Assembly: GCA_001179505.1 (NCBI GenBank)
Contig: CDMY01000255.1
Span: 248,001-312,000 of the forward strand
Reading direction: 5' to 3'
Length of the DNA: 64,000 nt
Source of the DNA: Vitrella brassicaformis CCMP3155
Taxonomy: Eukaryota > Protista > Chromerida
In this document: positions 50,557 through 64,000 of the stretch, one piece after another
Layout: each line of letters opens with the position of its first letter
How positions within the stretch are numbered: the first letter of the stretch is position 1
Translations under genes and position numbers: made by a program
The notes under the pieces: generated by a model
What the model was told of the DNA's origin: nothing
Database searches by the model: none
Seen by the model: only the letters and a program-made list of their open reading frames with translations

Positions 50557-53500
50557 GGCTATCAATGATGCACCGCACCCAGAGGATTGGGGGAAGGCAG
50601 GCGCCTCATCCACGTGTGTGTGTGTGTGTGTTTTTTTGCGTTGCCTTGATGCAGGCGGTTTGGTTGTGAGATCAGTGACGAGGGCGCGTCGCGGGAGGGG
50701 GTCGCTGCATAGCACGGCCTGGCGAGGCGAGGCGAGATGCGACGAATGAGAGCACGCCCGCGTTTACATTCTTGGTAATGCAGCTTTCCAGCCCCCCGCG
50801 ATGCACTGACGGACTGACTGATGCGACACCCTATACATACATAGATACGGAATGCGTTGACGTTTAATCCCCATGGATGGATGGATGGATGGATTTGTGG
50901 TGAGGTGACTGATGAATAGACGCAGGGCTCATCCAAATGAGTGTAGTTAGTGAGGGGACTGTGGTAGAAATGCAGTCACACGAGTGAGTCATCAGAGAGA
51001 GAAAGTCACCACACACACACACACCATACATAGACATAGCCACGCACACCACTAGGTTGTTAGCAAGTAAGTACCTTCCACCCACCCACCACACACACCA
51101 CATACACCACACAAGGGCACACCACGCCAGCCACCTAAATGTGCACTGCACTCATCACATCACATCACATCACACACACAGAGAGGGAGGGAGAGATAGC
51201 ACGGACGCACAGACGGATGGACGGACGCATGCACTGATGAATCAATCGGTGAGTGAGTGAGTGAGTGACTTGGCGAGTGAGGAGCGCTTCTTCCTTCCAA
51301 CCATTGATGGATTGATTGCTGACTGACTGACTGATTGATGGGTCGACCACCCACCATTCATTCATTACCACCTCCCTCCCCAGATGAACAGAGACTAGGC
51401 CACAATCACGCGCACATACCCAGTCACACACGGGGGGTGGGATGGAAGGGGAGGGGCCGGGGGGAGGGATACATCCAGCGGACGGACAGAACACTCATGA
51501 CACAGTCATGACATGCACCCACGGAGTCGCGATAGACGTCACACAACACAACACAACACACCTCGTTTCATTGATTGCGCCAACCCCCCCACCCACACCC
51601 ACCGACCCACAAACCAACAGGAGATCGATCGAAAATCGAAACTCATGCACGCTTCTTTGGCGCGTTATTTCATGCAGCCAGCCAGCCAGCCAGGCAGGCA
51701 CATACACACACACGCAGCCCAACCCTCGACAGACACACGAACCCCCCCTCCCCTCCACTAGCAAAAATAAAGTGACACACGCATCCTCCCCCTCCATACA
51801 GTCATCATCACGTAAGCATCACAGGGAAACGACATATAGATAGGGGTGAGAGAGACGGCCGGGGACGTGCTGTGCTGGGAATGACTAGCTCTTTGCCGTG
51901 GCGACTGTCGTATCGGGTAGAGTCGAGTAGGTGTTCTGTGTTGCGTCGGTTGCGGCCAAACAGGGCCTCACTGCACTGACTGCCGGTCCGCCGGCCAGTA
52001 TAATAATAAAACTAAAGCGTGCGTGGGACACATCCCTCCCTCCCTCCCTCCCGCCCGCCCTGCGTGTGTTAAAACCATGTGGCTGCGGGGTGACCTCGCC
52101 CGACTCAACACAGACAGATCATTGAATGTGATAGACACAGGACCGCCCCGCCCCGCACCCGTGCAGACACGCAAACGAAGGGAGATAGGTAGCGCTACAG
52201 ATGGATGGATGTCCGATGGATTTGCCGATCAAGGCACGGGAGGCAGGCAGGGATGCAGGTGAGTAGGCTGAAAAAGAGGAGGAAAGAGATAGATACGTCC
52301 CTACCTGAGGTGAGCCACTGACACGCACACAGGGATGGATGCATCCACAACACACCACACCACACCACAACACAGCCTCCCTCCGTCCCTCCCAGCCCCC
52401 AGCCACACAAGCAGCCCTAAATGGTCTGTCGGCTGCAGGCAGGCAATGTGTAAGTAAGTGCGTGTATGTGTGTATGTGTGTTATGGTCGGGACGAAGAAA
52501 ACATCCAGCTGCTGCGAGTGAGATGGACGACCGACAAGGCAAACAAACATCATAAAAACCAAAAGCCCTTTCTTTCCTCTTCGTGGTGTCTGACTGTCTG
52601 TCTGTCTATCGAGGGTCACAAAAATGGTGGCGTCGCGTCGCGTCAACCGTACCGGTATGAAAACATAAATAGGCCACAAACCAACCAACCACACACACAC
52701 TCAGATCCATCCATTATGCAGCCAGCCAGCCACAGCCATCCATCCGGCCACCCATCAAGACAAACAATCCTCAAAGTAAAAAAATACGTCTTGTCCATCC
52801 CCTGCCTGTCTGTCTGTCTTGTTTCTCCTTACTTGACATTTCCCATTCACTCACTCACGAATAAATGGTCTCATCTCACCTCACCCCCTCCCTCCCTCCC
52901 TCCCCCTTAATAAATACTGTTTAGACACGCACCGCAGCAGCCAGACACACAAGGACACACCAGCCAGCCAGCCAGCCAGCCAACTGTCCGTCAACCGCTC
53001 ACAGATCGACTCCTGTTCGTTTGTATGCAGGTGTGTACGCATCCGGGGTGCCATTCATTGGTCCATTCGATCATTCATTCATAATACAAACCTTCTGCGG
53101 CTGGACGCAGTCCCCCCAACAAACAAGACACACCGACACACAACGACGTCCGACACACCACACCCATCCGCCCGCGTACACACACCGTACAAACCACAAG
53201 CCCGCAAAGTGAGGGGCAGAAAAGCCATAAAAGACCCAACAGGGCGGAGGCAGGCAGGCAGGCAGGTCAAGAGAGGTACTTACTGTGCAGGCAGGCCAAG
53301 TGAGCCGAGTGTCCCCCTCTGATCAAATTATGGGGGCCTGCGGGACTCGCTCGTTGGTTGATAGACACAGGTGCACAGACAGGCAAGACACGCAGGCAGG
53401 CAGGCAGGCAGACAGGTCAGAAAGGAGTAGACGAGAGAAAAGGCGAGGAAAGAAAAAGAAACCCCTAAACCCCCATGACAACTACCCCACCCCGCCCCGC

Positions 53501-55675
53501 CCCGCCCGACCAACCCATAGCGACACGAAAAGACACATCCGACCAGCCAGCCAGCCGACCGACCGACCGACCAATCACGGCACGAATGCATCCTCATGAC
53601 ATGTATGTATGTATGTGTGTATGCTTGTACGTATGTGTTGATGGGAGTCGTGATGTGGCCGGCCCTGGCCAGCTGACATGACAAACAGTCGGTCCCGAAT
53701 CTAGCGGGCTGCCGTCCGCCCTCAATGGCATGGTGTATGTGTGTGTGTGTGTGTCTGTGTGTGTGATAGCTGTCTGGCTGTCTCCATCTCAACAGCCGCG
53801 AGCAGCTTAGCTGACCTGTGTGTGTGTCATCGCCATCAAAAACTGCCAATGTGACTACCCAACCACCACCCACCGAGCCCACTGACCTACCGGCCTCTCT
53901 CTCCCCTCCCCCCCACTCACTCACAGAAAGCGTCAAACCCTCCATCCATCCCTTTCTTGCTTTCCCCACTATGCACGCATTTAGTTGCATCCCATTCACC
54001 CACAGTCAACCATATCGTCCCCACACAGCACCAATAAACGTCAAGAGTCCAATGAATCAATCAAACACCAGCAGACAAACAAACACGATGGACAGACAGA
54101 CAGACGAATAGGACAAAAGACCAAAGACAGACAGGCGTTACAAAACATGACCCGCCCCTGGGCTGGTCTATGGTATGGACGCAGGTAGGGAGGTAGGTAG
54201 GCAGGTATCTTACGAAGGAACACAGCACACCACGACACGGCTTAACACATAGAGGGAGGGATACATGGATGGATGATGCGCGGAGGGGGGAGAGAGAGGG
54301 AGGGAAGGCGCAGAAGGGAGGGGACGGAGAAGGGCACTGTTCCGTTGGTTCTCTTGCTTCGCTCCCCGTCCCTCCCTTCCGTGGCCATCATCGCATCGTC
54401 TATCCATCTATCATATCACGTGTGTAAGTATGTATGTATGTCTGTATTGTATGGTATGCATATATATTGATTTATGTATCCATCCATCAATCCATTCATC
54501 CATCCATCCGTCCATGAAGGGAGGGATTATTCCATATAAAATCATAAATGTGGACGAGACACCTCACACACGCGCCGGCCCGGCCCGGCCCAGCACGGCC
54601 CCTCGCGTGTGTCAGGTGGTCCTCCGGACGTCCGCACGCCATCCGTCACCACCACACGTCTTCATGAAGCATGGACCGTACAACACACAACACACAGCAC
54701 ACAGCACACATGACAGCGGGCAGGGCAGGGAGGGGAAAGGACAAACCAGGGGTACTTATGAGTTAGCTGAGTCTGTAAAAACAGCGCCACCCACGCACAT
54801 CAATCACATCATGCTCGTTGCTGTCTCTGTCTGGCAGCTCAAATGTTGGCATCTACGTATGTAGGTAAAGCTTGACATGACATATGAACTCACGCACTCA
54901 CTCACTCACTCATCGATCCATCCACTGATTGACGTCGCCACCGAGAATGACCACTAGCACACCACAGGCGGAGTCAGTATCGTATGCAGGTATGCAAGTG
55001 TGAAAATGCATGTATGTTTGTGTGCATTGTATGCAGGGGGGGCAAAGAGGGCAAAATCGCCCACCCATCCTCATTCATTCATTCATTCATTACTCATTCC
55101 ATCCCTGCCTGACGTCCTCAAAAACATCAATCAGCTGGTGGATGGATGGATGGATGGACCTCGTGCTGTGTCTGTAGTGGCGTGTGGTGGGATGCGATGT
55201 GCGCCCTCACTGCGAATTGCATTACCTGCAGCTGGCACTGCCCAAATCCCCCCCGCCCCCTCCTGTCTGTCTGTCTGTCTGTCTGTATGCAATCCAATCC
55301 ACGAATGCACACCAAGGCGACAACGAATCGTGTGCACCACTCGGCACAAACAATGCCCTCCCCTCCGGGCACGTTATAAAGAGCATCACACACACACGCA
55401 CACACACACACAACAAAGAAACCGAAATTGGCTGGCTGGCATGCTTCCTTTGCTTCACGGTTGAAACAACTGACAGGCAGGCAGGCAGGCAGGGGAGGGA
55501 AAGAGGCAGGACAGGGCAGCAGGAGGCAAGACATACAGTAACTGACTGACAATCAAGGCAGCCTGGCAGCAGGCTGGTGGGCGGCGAGCGACAAGGCACC
55601 TTTCTCACACATTATACACTCATCCAGAGGCTGGTTGCACTTCGCTGGCCCTTCCCTCATCTCTCCTTCCTGTCG

Positions 55676-58600
55676 CTATATGCGCCTGCCGGTCGTCGGC
55701 TGCTGATGCTGCAGTCCCCTGAAGGGCGTCATTTCGTGTCGGTTGAGGACGTTCATGTGGTCTGGCGGGTGGGTGAGGCCATCCTCCTCGGCCACCTCCT
55801 CGTACCCACACGCGTCGTCGCTCTTAAACACCACCGAGTCTGTGTTATTGTGGTCCAGGCCTATGATCGGCTGCACGTTGGCCAGGAAGTCCGTCAGGAA
55901 CCGGTCGTTGCTGGCGTCCCACTCGTCGCTCTCGCGTGCAGACGGCAGCGGCACCGGGTGGGCTGAGGAGAAGAAGGACGAGCCCGAGAGAATAAGGGAC
56001 GCATCCGACTGGGTACCCAGGGCCATCGACTGGGACAAGACGGACGGCGTGGGCGCCTGAGTGGAGAAGTTGGACGAGGGGGACTGGCCGGCAACGACAC
56101 TCATGCTGTCCGACATGTGCTCGCACGACATCCCCGGGGGCTGCGACGTGCTCCTCTTGCTCGACGACCGCAGCATCTGGTGGACAAGCTTGCCCGACCC
56201 CACTGCGGATGTCGTGGCATCCTCGCGATGGTTGCTGCCGTCAATGGCCAGGAACGACAGGGGGAAGCAGCACGACGCCGGCGGAGGGGAGGAGCCATGC
56301 GTCCCGCCCTCCCTGACGTACGAGTGGCTTCTCGATGGCTCATCCTGTCGTGCGTCCTCGATGCCCTGCTCTGGCGTGTCGTCTGTAGACCGCGGCTGAC
56401 GCGATCGCCTCTCGAGGAAAGGCGGGAAGGGCGGGGGAGGCGGCGGAGGGACAGACGACGATGAGTGCTCATCATGCGCCATCACATCCCTCTGCTGCTG
56501 CTGCTGCTGCTGCGCTGGTGCCTCCTTGCACTCTCGGTGCTGGGTGGGCGGCGAGCGTGTAGGTGGCGGGGGAGGCGGCAAGTACGGCACGTGCACCTCC
56601 CCTCCGAGATGGTCGCTGCGAGAGCCCCGGCCGCTCGATGAAGCCTCGTCGCGGACACTGCTTGCTGACCACTCGGCCTCGTACACAGCCGGCAGCCTGC
56701 ACACACACGCACCAAGCCGACATCTCTCCTTGGCTGCCCCTTTCCATGTGTGAATCGTGCGTCCTCACGATAGATGCGATCCGAATCGTTGATGTCCCGG
56801 GCTCTCTTGCTCCACCGATCGGCCTCTGGTGGACATCGACTGGGTGTCCGACGGCGAGAAGGCGCGCGGACGACCGGTGTCCGCCCCGAAGTAGGTGTCG
56901 GGGATGCTCGCCGTAGACCTGGAAGTGGTCAGCGTCCGGTCGCCCACCGAGAAGAGAGTGGTGCTGGTGAGAGTCCGAGAAGACTGCGGGATAAACGGCG
57001 GGGCGGGGCGGCTGGTGGAGTCATGGGACGTGTGCAGCCAGGTGTCATCCTCTGCCGTGAAGCTTCGAGTGAGCTGTTTCCGTCTCCTGGGCTCTCCAAT
57101 GCCATGCGCGCCGTCCGAGTCGCCCGACAGAAGCTTGCTGTCCATGTGCAGCGCTCGCATGAGTGCGATCGGCACCTGCTCATGCGGCGGTTTGTGGCTT
57201 GGTGGCATCGGGGGTGGCTTCTCGGTCGACGACAGTGAAGAGGATGAGGCGATTGACCCACCGCCGTGCGTCATGGGCTGGCTCGGCCTCCGAGTCGAGA
57301 TGCTCCGCTCCTCCCGCCGCAGATAGTCCGACACCTGCCTCTTCTCGACGAGTGGCAGGCTGCTGGCGTGCCCCTCAGGCGTGTCAGGCGGGGGCGGGGG
57401 CGGTGGAGTGGGCGTCGGGGCGGGTGTTGACGGGGTCAGGTCGTCGTGATACGATGGGGGTGGACTGCGGGGCGTCAGACCGCTCGGCCGCACCGGGTAG
57501 ACGGACAGTAATGGTGGCGGTGGCTGGCGAGATTGACCTCTGCCGACAGACGATGACCTCCTCTCCCTGGCGTGCGAGTCGAAGTTGAGGCTGTTGGGGA
57601 CGACGGGCACCTTGACCATCTCCATCGGGGGCATCGCCAGCACACCCTCACCCTCCTCAGCCTCTGCTGACGGAGGGAGGGGCTGCTGCTGATGCTCGCG
57701 CGCAAGGGCTGTCGTCCTGGCGTAGTCTTCGCTGGAGTCGAGAAGGTCTCCGCGGTGGTAGTGTGTCTGGGGTGTGGGCAGCCGTCCCCTGTAGGGACCG
57801 GACCGCTCGCGACCGATGGGAGGGAAACCGGGAGGGGGCGGCGGAGGCGTCAGGGCCCTAGGTGGAGCACCAACAAACCATGCATCGCATCGCTTCAAAC
57901 CCGCTGTTCGGTTCCATCTGTGTGCGTGCCTGGCCTTACGGTGGTGTCGAGAAGGGCAGTGTCGGATTGGCCAGTCGTCTAAGAGCCGACGGCTCGAGAG
58001 TCGACGGGGTCGATGAGGTGGGGGGTGGGGGCGGTGGCGGTGGAGGAGGTGGTGGCTGCTCGTGCATCGGTGCACCATAATGCCTCCGCTCGGCGCCCAT
58101 GCTGCCTCCTCTTCCCCGCCCTTGTCGCCTGAGCATCAGCTGCTGCAGCCCGGTGCCGGATGGTGCAGTGTATGGCTTGACGGGTGACTCCAGCTCATGC
58201 ATGCGGCCCTCCTCCCGACCGCCCCTCATGTGGCGTCCCATGGCCTCCAGGATCTCAGACACACGATAGCGGCCACTCGATGGCGAGAGGGGAGGGTGTA
58301 CGGGGGTCGGCTCGGGGGGCCTCGCGCTGCCGGGAATGGATGGTGGCGGGGGCACGTGTGCTGGCGGCATTTCCGGGGGTGGGGGTGGTGGCACCGATGA
58401 CGGAGGGGCGGGCTGAGACGGCGTGCACGGCGGGATCAGCTTGTGCTCAAAACCCTTTGGCATCGACTGGTGCTGAGGACAAACACACAGCGCGAAAGGG
58501 GCGAGTTGGTTGTTTGATATGCCTTCGTCAGTCTGTGCGTTCCTGTCCACCTGATACTGCATAGCGATTTCGGCCTTGACGATGGCAAGTGCCTTCGCTG

Positions 58601-60145
58601 CCAGCCTGCAGACACTCAGACAGACAGACAGACAGACAGACAGGCAGACGCATTGGCTGCTTTGCCGGGCTGTGTGCATTTCGTCCTTCGTAGCGTACCG
58701 TTTTTTCTTCGACACGCGATTGCGCTTCTTGGGTGGGTGAGGAAAGTGACCTGACAGCCACCCAACCAACGGACGGACATGCGCAGAGGACGGGGTGCTA
58801 GGCCGGTTTTATCTTTGTGAGGCGCTTACAGAAGAGACATCTGTAGCCGTTCTGGCATCCCTTGGTGTGCGCAAACACACACGGCTTGCACTGACCTGAT
58901 TGATTCATCCATCCAGGAAAAGGCACTCGAGCAACGGTGAATGACTGACCTCGAGTGTGCGTACCGTACCTTGGCTGTGTAGTAGTGACCCGACGCTGAG
59001 AAGGTTGCCGTGAGAGTCACGGGGGATGTAGGCCAAAACCTCAGCTGGGATTATCTGCATCCATGTCAAACACAGAGGAAGCGAGTCAACAATCCGCTGT
59101 CTTGAGTGGCTCAATGAGTGAATGAGTGAGTGAGTGAATGATTGAGTGACTCACTTTGAGTGCGTTCTTTTCTTCATCAATCCACGCCTCGACGTCCGCG
59201 TCCAAACTCGTCAACGTCGTACTCTAGAGGCATAACAGGCAGTGGATGGCTTCATTGCTTGTTGCTTCCTTGTTTGCTCCTCTCACCTCTTCCGATCCGT
59301 CTTTCCATATGAAGTCGAGTGCCTTCAAAACCTTCGGATCGCGAGCACCGCCAGCCGCAGAGCCCTTGAGTATCCTGCTCAGTGTCTTCTCCAACGATCG
59401 AACCTTGTGCACACAACACAAACACAACAGAACACATGTACATATACATATACACACACAGATCGATCGCGCGTACGCACCTGTTCGACACCGTCTCCCT
59501 CGTCACGTTCCTCGTCGTCCTCTTCGTCGTGATCGCCCTCGCTGGCCGCCTCATCGTCAAGGACACCGTGGGTAGGCGACTCCCGATGACCCAGCGACGG
59601 GTGCGGCTGGATGTACGAGGACGGCGGAGGTGACATGGGAGGAGGGGGCGGGGGACGAACGCCTACTGCACACACAAGCAGCGACACCGACAGGGAAGCA
59701 ATACATTTAATGACACAAGCAAGGCAGACAGGCAGTCAGTTCTGTCTTTCGTTATTCTCTCTGACTTGTGTTCATCAGTGGAGTGACAGTGGGAAGTACC
59801 TGCTTTTGGCGTGACGTCTGCCGCCCGGTACGCCTGTGCCGCCCTGTGCCCGCCCGGCCACTCCGTCGGCCGCGTAGCACTGGCAGCGCCTTCGCCATAA
59901 GGTGGCGGGGGCGGCCTGGTCCGTTCCCAAGGAATCTCCTGCTGCGTGTAGTCGGCACGAAAGGCAGCTCGCTCGGACGTCGACAAGACGAACGGAGAGA
60001 TAATGCCCCGCCCACTGTGCTGCCGGCTGCGGGCTGCTGCTGACGGCACCTCGCCTAAGCGGATGGTCTGACGCGATGCCTGCTCGTCGCGAGCACTGCT
60101 GGAGGGAGGGGAGGGAGGGGGCAGCTCCTGCTGGTGAGGTTGCAT
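55676..60145 (-). CDS. Large Pro/Ser-rich protein with a myzozoan-type CCCH (C3H1) zinc finger
   Basis: Spliced exons ~59055-58970, 58895-58830 and ~58750 give IPRDSHGNLLSVGSLLHSQGQCKPCVFAHTKGCQNGYRCLFCHFPHPPKKR. The rest is low-complexity; about 10 introns. Confidence 0.8.
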
Positions 60146-60554
60146 AGCCGACAATCACCGCGAAGGCCGCTCAATGCCCGATGCCCGATGGCAGGATCTG
60201 GACGCCAGGACGCCAGCGTCAGGGGCAGCCGGCGCGCGACGAGAGCGTGCACCCCAGCTGCTGTGGCGAGTCCAACTTCTTGTGCTTCTGCCGTCTCTCC
60301 ATCGCTGCGTGAGGGACGGACTGGTGATCGTCAAATTTGCGTTCGTTCTCGAATCTCCCCCTCAAAATCCTCAGGAACCAGAAGGGCTACCACTCACTGG
60401 CCGTCGGCAGACACGCCGGCCCTCCCACTGCCCCTCTAGAATAGCGAGCTCAAAATTTCGGCTAAGCTCGCAGACGAAGAGAGCCGGACTCTCTCTTTTG
60501 CCTCGATCTCAGGAAAGGGAGGACAATCACACGGCATAGACAGACTGAGTTGAT

Positions 60555-62261
60555 ATGGCGAGCTCGTTAGATGATCCCGGCCGTGGTCTTTTTCTCTCTT
60601 TGTTCGGCGAGGCCCCGAAGAAGCGTGTGGAATCCCAAGAGGAGCGTGACATATCCGCCAGCACGTCCGCTGAGACGCCGCGAGAGGCCGCACAGCAGCC
60701 CCAACCCAGTGCCCCCGTGCAGCACCCTTCTCACCCGAGCACTGCCCCAGCAGCCCGGCATCTCGACGCCATCAACGTCGATGCGCCCGGGGTGCCCAAG
60801 TTGTCGACACTTTGCCTGCAGAAGCTAAGGGCGCAGCGAACCCGGGTTGTCGTCGATGCCAACATCCCTGACAGTCAGCTCAAGACCATATACCAAGGTG
60901 GGTGGCGGGTGCACAGCACAGGGAGGAGAAGAGGAACAAGAGATCGGTCTTCTGTGCTGTCGTCCACCCGTATCGCTGTCCGTTGGTGTGTGCGCCGTGT
61001 GATCAGGTGCCAGCATTGAGGAGTTGGAGAGGTGCGAACGGATCCACCCGCAGCGTCAGACGCTGGTCAGCAGGATGGCGTGGCAGCACCTGTGGCGTGA
61101 TGCCGTCAAGTCACACTTGAGACACGTATGGACAACAAGCACGCCCACATACACACCAGGGGGAGGGAGGCCAATGACTCGCTGCTGCTGTGTCGTGTGC
61201 TGGTTGTTTGTTGGTCAGCAAAAACACGTGTTGGATCAGCGCAAGCCCAAACAGAGCTGGCGCACCTTCTATCTCACCATCAAGCAGAAGCAGCAGGAGC
61301 GGCTCAAGTGAGCACGGGCGCGGGGCACACTACTCAGACAGACGATGGACAACGAACACCTGCCCACCACACCACAGCACACCACATAACACATATGTTT
61401 CCTTCCCTCTGCCTGCAGGGCTGCCTCAGCGATGGCGAAAGAAAAGTAACGCCTGGCCACCACACGCGAAGTGAGCAAGTGTGACTCACATGTCCCTCGG
61501 CCGCCGCCTGTGTATCAGGTACCGTGAGAGTGAGGATTCCAAGAAGTCCATCAATGTCGTGTCGCACGCTGCCGAGCCGTCCAAGCGACGGTCCAAGGCC
61601 AAGGCGGGACAGGCCACCGCCCCCCTCAAGCTGGGGCCACATGCGGACTTGGTCGTCAACTTTGGCGGCTCGAAGAGCTCGCAAACACGCAAGACCACCA
61701 CCAAATCCAAGACGGTGAGAGGAGAGGGATCGGACAGGTGGCGTTGTGTCGGTGAGCACCTGAAGGGATATTTGTTGTTCAGGTGAAGCGTGAGAAGACC
61801 AATGCGCACGTCATGGTACATATCCAGACATGCACGACTTGTGAATGATGCCGTGTGGGTGTCCCTGTTGGCTCTGCATCTGTTTGACGGCATATGGACC
61901 ACCAACAGAAGCCCAAAGGTGGATGGATGAGATGAGATGGATGGGACCCAACTCAGACACACCACCGTGTAGCTGGTTTCCGTATGTGTGGTATGTCTGT
62001 GTTCGTTCAGTTGTGGGTGGCGTGGAGCAGCCGGTTCGTCAGCAGCCTGGGCAGCTTGGATACAATGGGCTGCCACGGGAGATCAAGGTCACCAAGGACA
62101 GCTACAAGCCCCAATACCTGGTGCCACCTGAGCCACAGCGCCAGGCGAAGAGGGGTCGCAGCAGCAGCCCTGCGAAGGAGCGGATCAGCAGCCCTCAGCG
62201 AGCAAGAAGCAGCAGCCCCACGCCTCCACTCAAGAAGGCCAAGTGGCAGAAGACCGACTGA
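60555..62261 (+). CDS. Elongin-A-like protein (BC-box)
   Basis: VPKLSTLCLQKL (BC-box LxxxCxxxL), then ASIEELERCE...AWQHLWRD and SWRTFYLTIKQKQQERLK, which match the Elongin A domain layout; basic C-terminus. Confidence 0.6.
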
Positions 62262-62909
62262 CTGTGATTGACTTATCCCTATCGATGGTTAAGACGGGAT
62301 ACGCCTAGCAGATGCACACATCCGACCGCCTTTTTGCCCGACGACACCGGGTTTGTTTTTCCTAAGACGAATTGCATGTGCGTGTCGCTCGCTGAGTGAG
62401 TGAGTGAGTCTGGTGTGTCTGTTGTCCATACTCCTAAGACCAGAGTGCGCAAGAATGTGTGGTTGTAGCGCGTGTGTATGAGTGCGCGCGTCTGATGTTT
62501 CCCCCGTCCCTAAATGGATATGGGGTGTCCGTATCTTCGCAATTCAGGTGGACGGCACACGTAGGAAGGGAGGAAGACAGGGGTGAAACGTGCATTGGCG
62601 ACAGCCGTTTGTAGGGGTGGACCAGGCCTGTCTGCATGTATGAGGATTGCTTGCGTCCGTACGTTCAGACGCAGAGGAAGTATTTGGTCATCAATCGATA
62701 TTTAAATGCAGCACTCACTTATTGTACACACACACTCACACACAGAAACGATGGCGTCTCTCTCTGTCTGTCTGTCTGCTCTAGTTCTGATTGCTACGGC
62801 TCCTTCCCCGAGCCCTCGTCGGCATCAACCAGACATAGAGACAGAGATTACAGATTTACACGTGACTGTCATAGGTCACCGAAGCCTGTCTGTCTGTGAC
62901 CTATGCCAG

Positions 62910-64000
62910 TCACGGCTCGTTGTTGCCAAGAGTGACCTTCGGTCTGCTGGCAGCGCGTGGCGGCCCTGCTGCAACCGACGACACACTGCAGTGCTCACCA
63001 TGCAGCCTTTCATCCAGGTCATCGTTATCTGCACCATCCTCAGTCCGCTCTTGCTCGCTGCTGGTGGCCGTCCTTCCGCCTTGTGAAGGCTTCTCAAGGA
63101 TTGCGTATACGGTAAGAGCGCCAGTAATGAACGACTTCCTCCTGTCCACGGATGAGTTGGCTACCACAGGGGAGTTGAGGGCCTTCAGTATGCCACCCAG
63201 CCGGCCCTGGGACAGATGGGTCATCAGCAGGTCCCTCTGCTCGCCGTCGAAGTCCGCTGATGAGATAGCGTCCTGCAATTCTCGCTCTGTCTGGCCTTGA
63301 GACATGCTCTGCTGGTTGGAAAGGGACTCGATGGGCTTCACGAGCATGTCTGTGGTCTGCGTGGGGTACTGAGACAGCTGCTGGAACTTGCCCGCCAAGT
63401 CGAGGGGCGACGTCAGTGTGCCCTGAAAGGCCAGGGTGCCGTGTGGCTTCAAGTGGTGTGTCTGGCTGGTAGGAGTGAGGGGCAGGGCAGGGCCCTCCTC
63501 GGGAAACTCCTCAAGGCGCCCCTTGGATGTTGATGATGTGACAGGCTGCTGGTTGTCGACTGTGGCTGTGCTGAATGAGCGCAGCATGTTGTTCGCCATG
63601 AGGGACTGGGAGGGGAATGGCAGGGGCATCCGCAGCTGGGAGTGCATCGACGGCACTGGGGGCGTGGAGATCGAGTCCGGGCTGAGGGCGGGAAGGCCAA
63701 GTGCAGATCGAAGAGCCTCCACCCGACGGCACAGGAACTGGACCGAGTCCTGGGTGGACATGGAGATACTCACACACCTCCCTATCATCACCAGGGCCTG
63801 GCAGACACACACACAGGGACGTGGTCAGTCAGTCGGTCGATCGTGCATGTCTCCATTTGGGTATGATGGTGTCTCCCCCTCTCTCCCCCTCTGCCCGTGC
63901 GTGGTGGCCGGCTGACCTCTGCCACGGTCAGATTTGTCTGTGAGTCGATGTGGTGGGCCCACTTGACGCATCCGTCGAGCAGTCGCTCAGCTTGCTCTGG
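62910..64000 (-). CDS. Hypothetical protein, 3' part (5' end beyond the window)
   Basis: ~295 aa terminal exon 63797-62910 plus an upstream exon PEQAERLLDG...LTVAE|gtcag at ~64000-63917. Confidence 0.65.

Noticed and set aside
1-64000. CRISPR arrays, rRNA, tRNA, transposase or reverse-transcriptase ORFs
   Set aside because: No repeat-spacer periodicity, cloverleaf-compatible T-loop context or catalytic motifs were recognised by eye; the DNA is eukaryotic.

Overview
Eukaryotic, GC-rich, intron-dense nuclear DNA with microsatellite-laden introns and intergenic regions, plus two 300-N scaffold gaps. The sequence style, a plastid-type TatC with a bipartite leader and a myzozoan-type CCCH finger suggest a chromerid alga such as Vitrella brassicaformis (inference, not verified). 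About 18 gene models or remnants were reconstructed by eye across GT-AG introns. Recognisable ones are an ABC1/UbiB kinase, a divergent kinase-like protein, a shattered GH5 endoglycoceramidase-like pseudogene, PIG-Q/GPI1, a GBP2-like RRM protein, nucleus-encoded TatC, a sterol C24-methyltransferase, an amidase, an OST-HTH/LOTUS protein, a TetA-like MFS transporter, a CCCH zinc-finger protein and an Elongin-A-like protein; the rest are lineage-specific hypotheticals. Notable points: the nuclear TatC, two mosaic regions built from duplicated gene fragments (one insertion has a 14-bp target-site-like duplication), six tightly spaced head-to-head gene pairs often carrying an AGATCT palindrome, introns with complementary CA-rich/GT-rich halves, and long strand-skewed non-coding tracts behind three RNA-binding-protein genes. 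No rRNA, tRNA, CRISPR array or transposase was recognised. Exon boundaries are manual and approximate.
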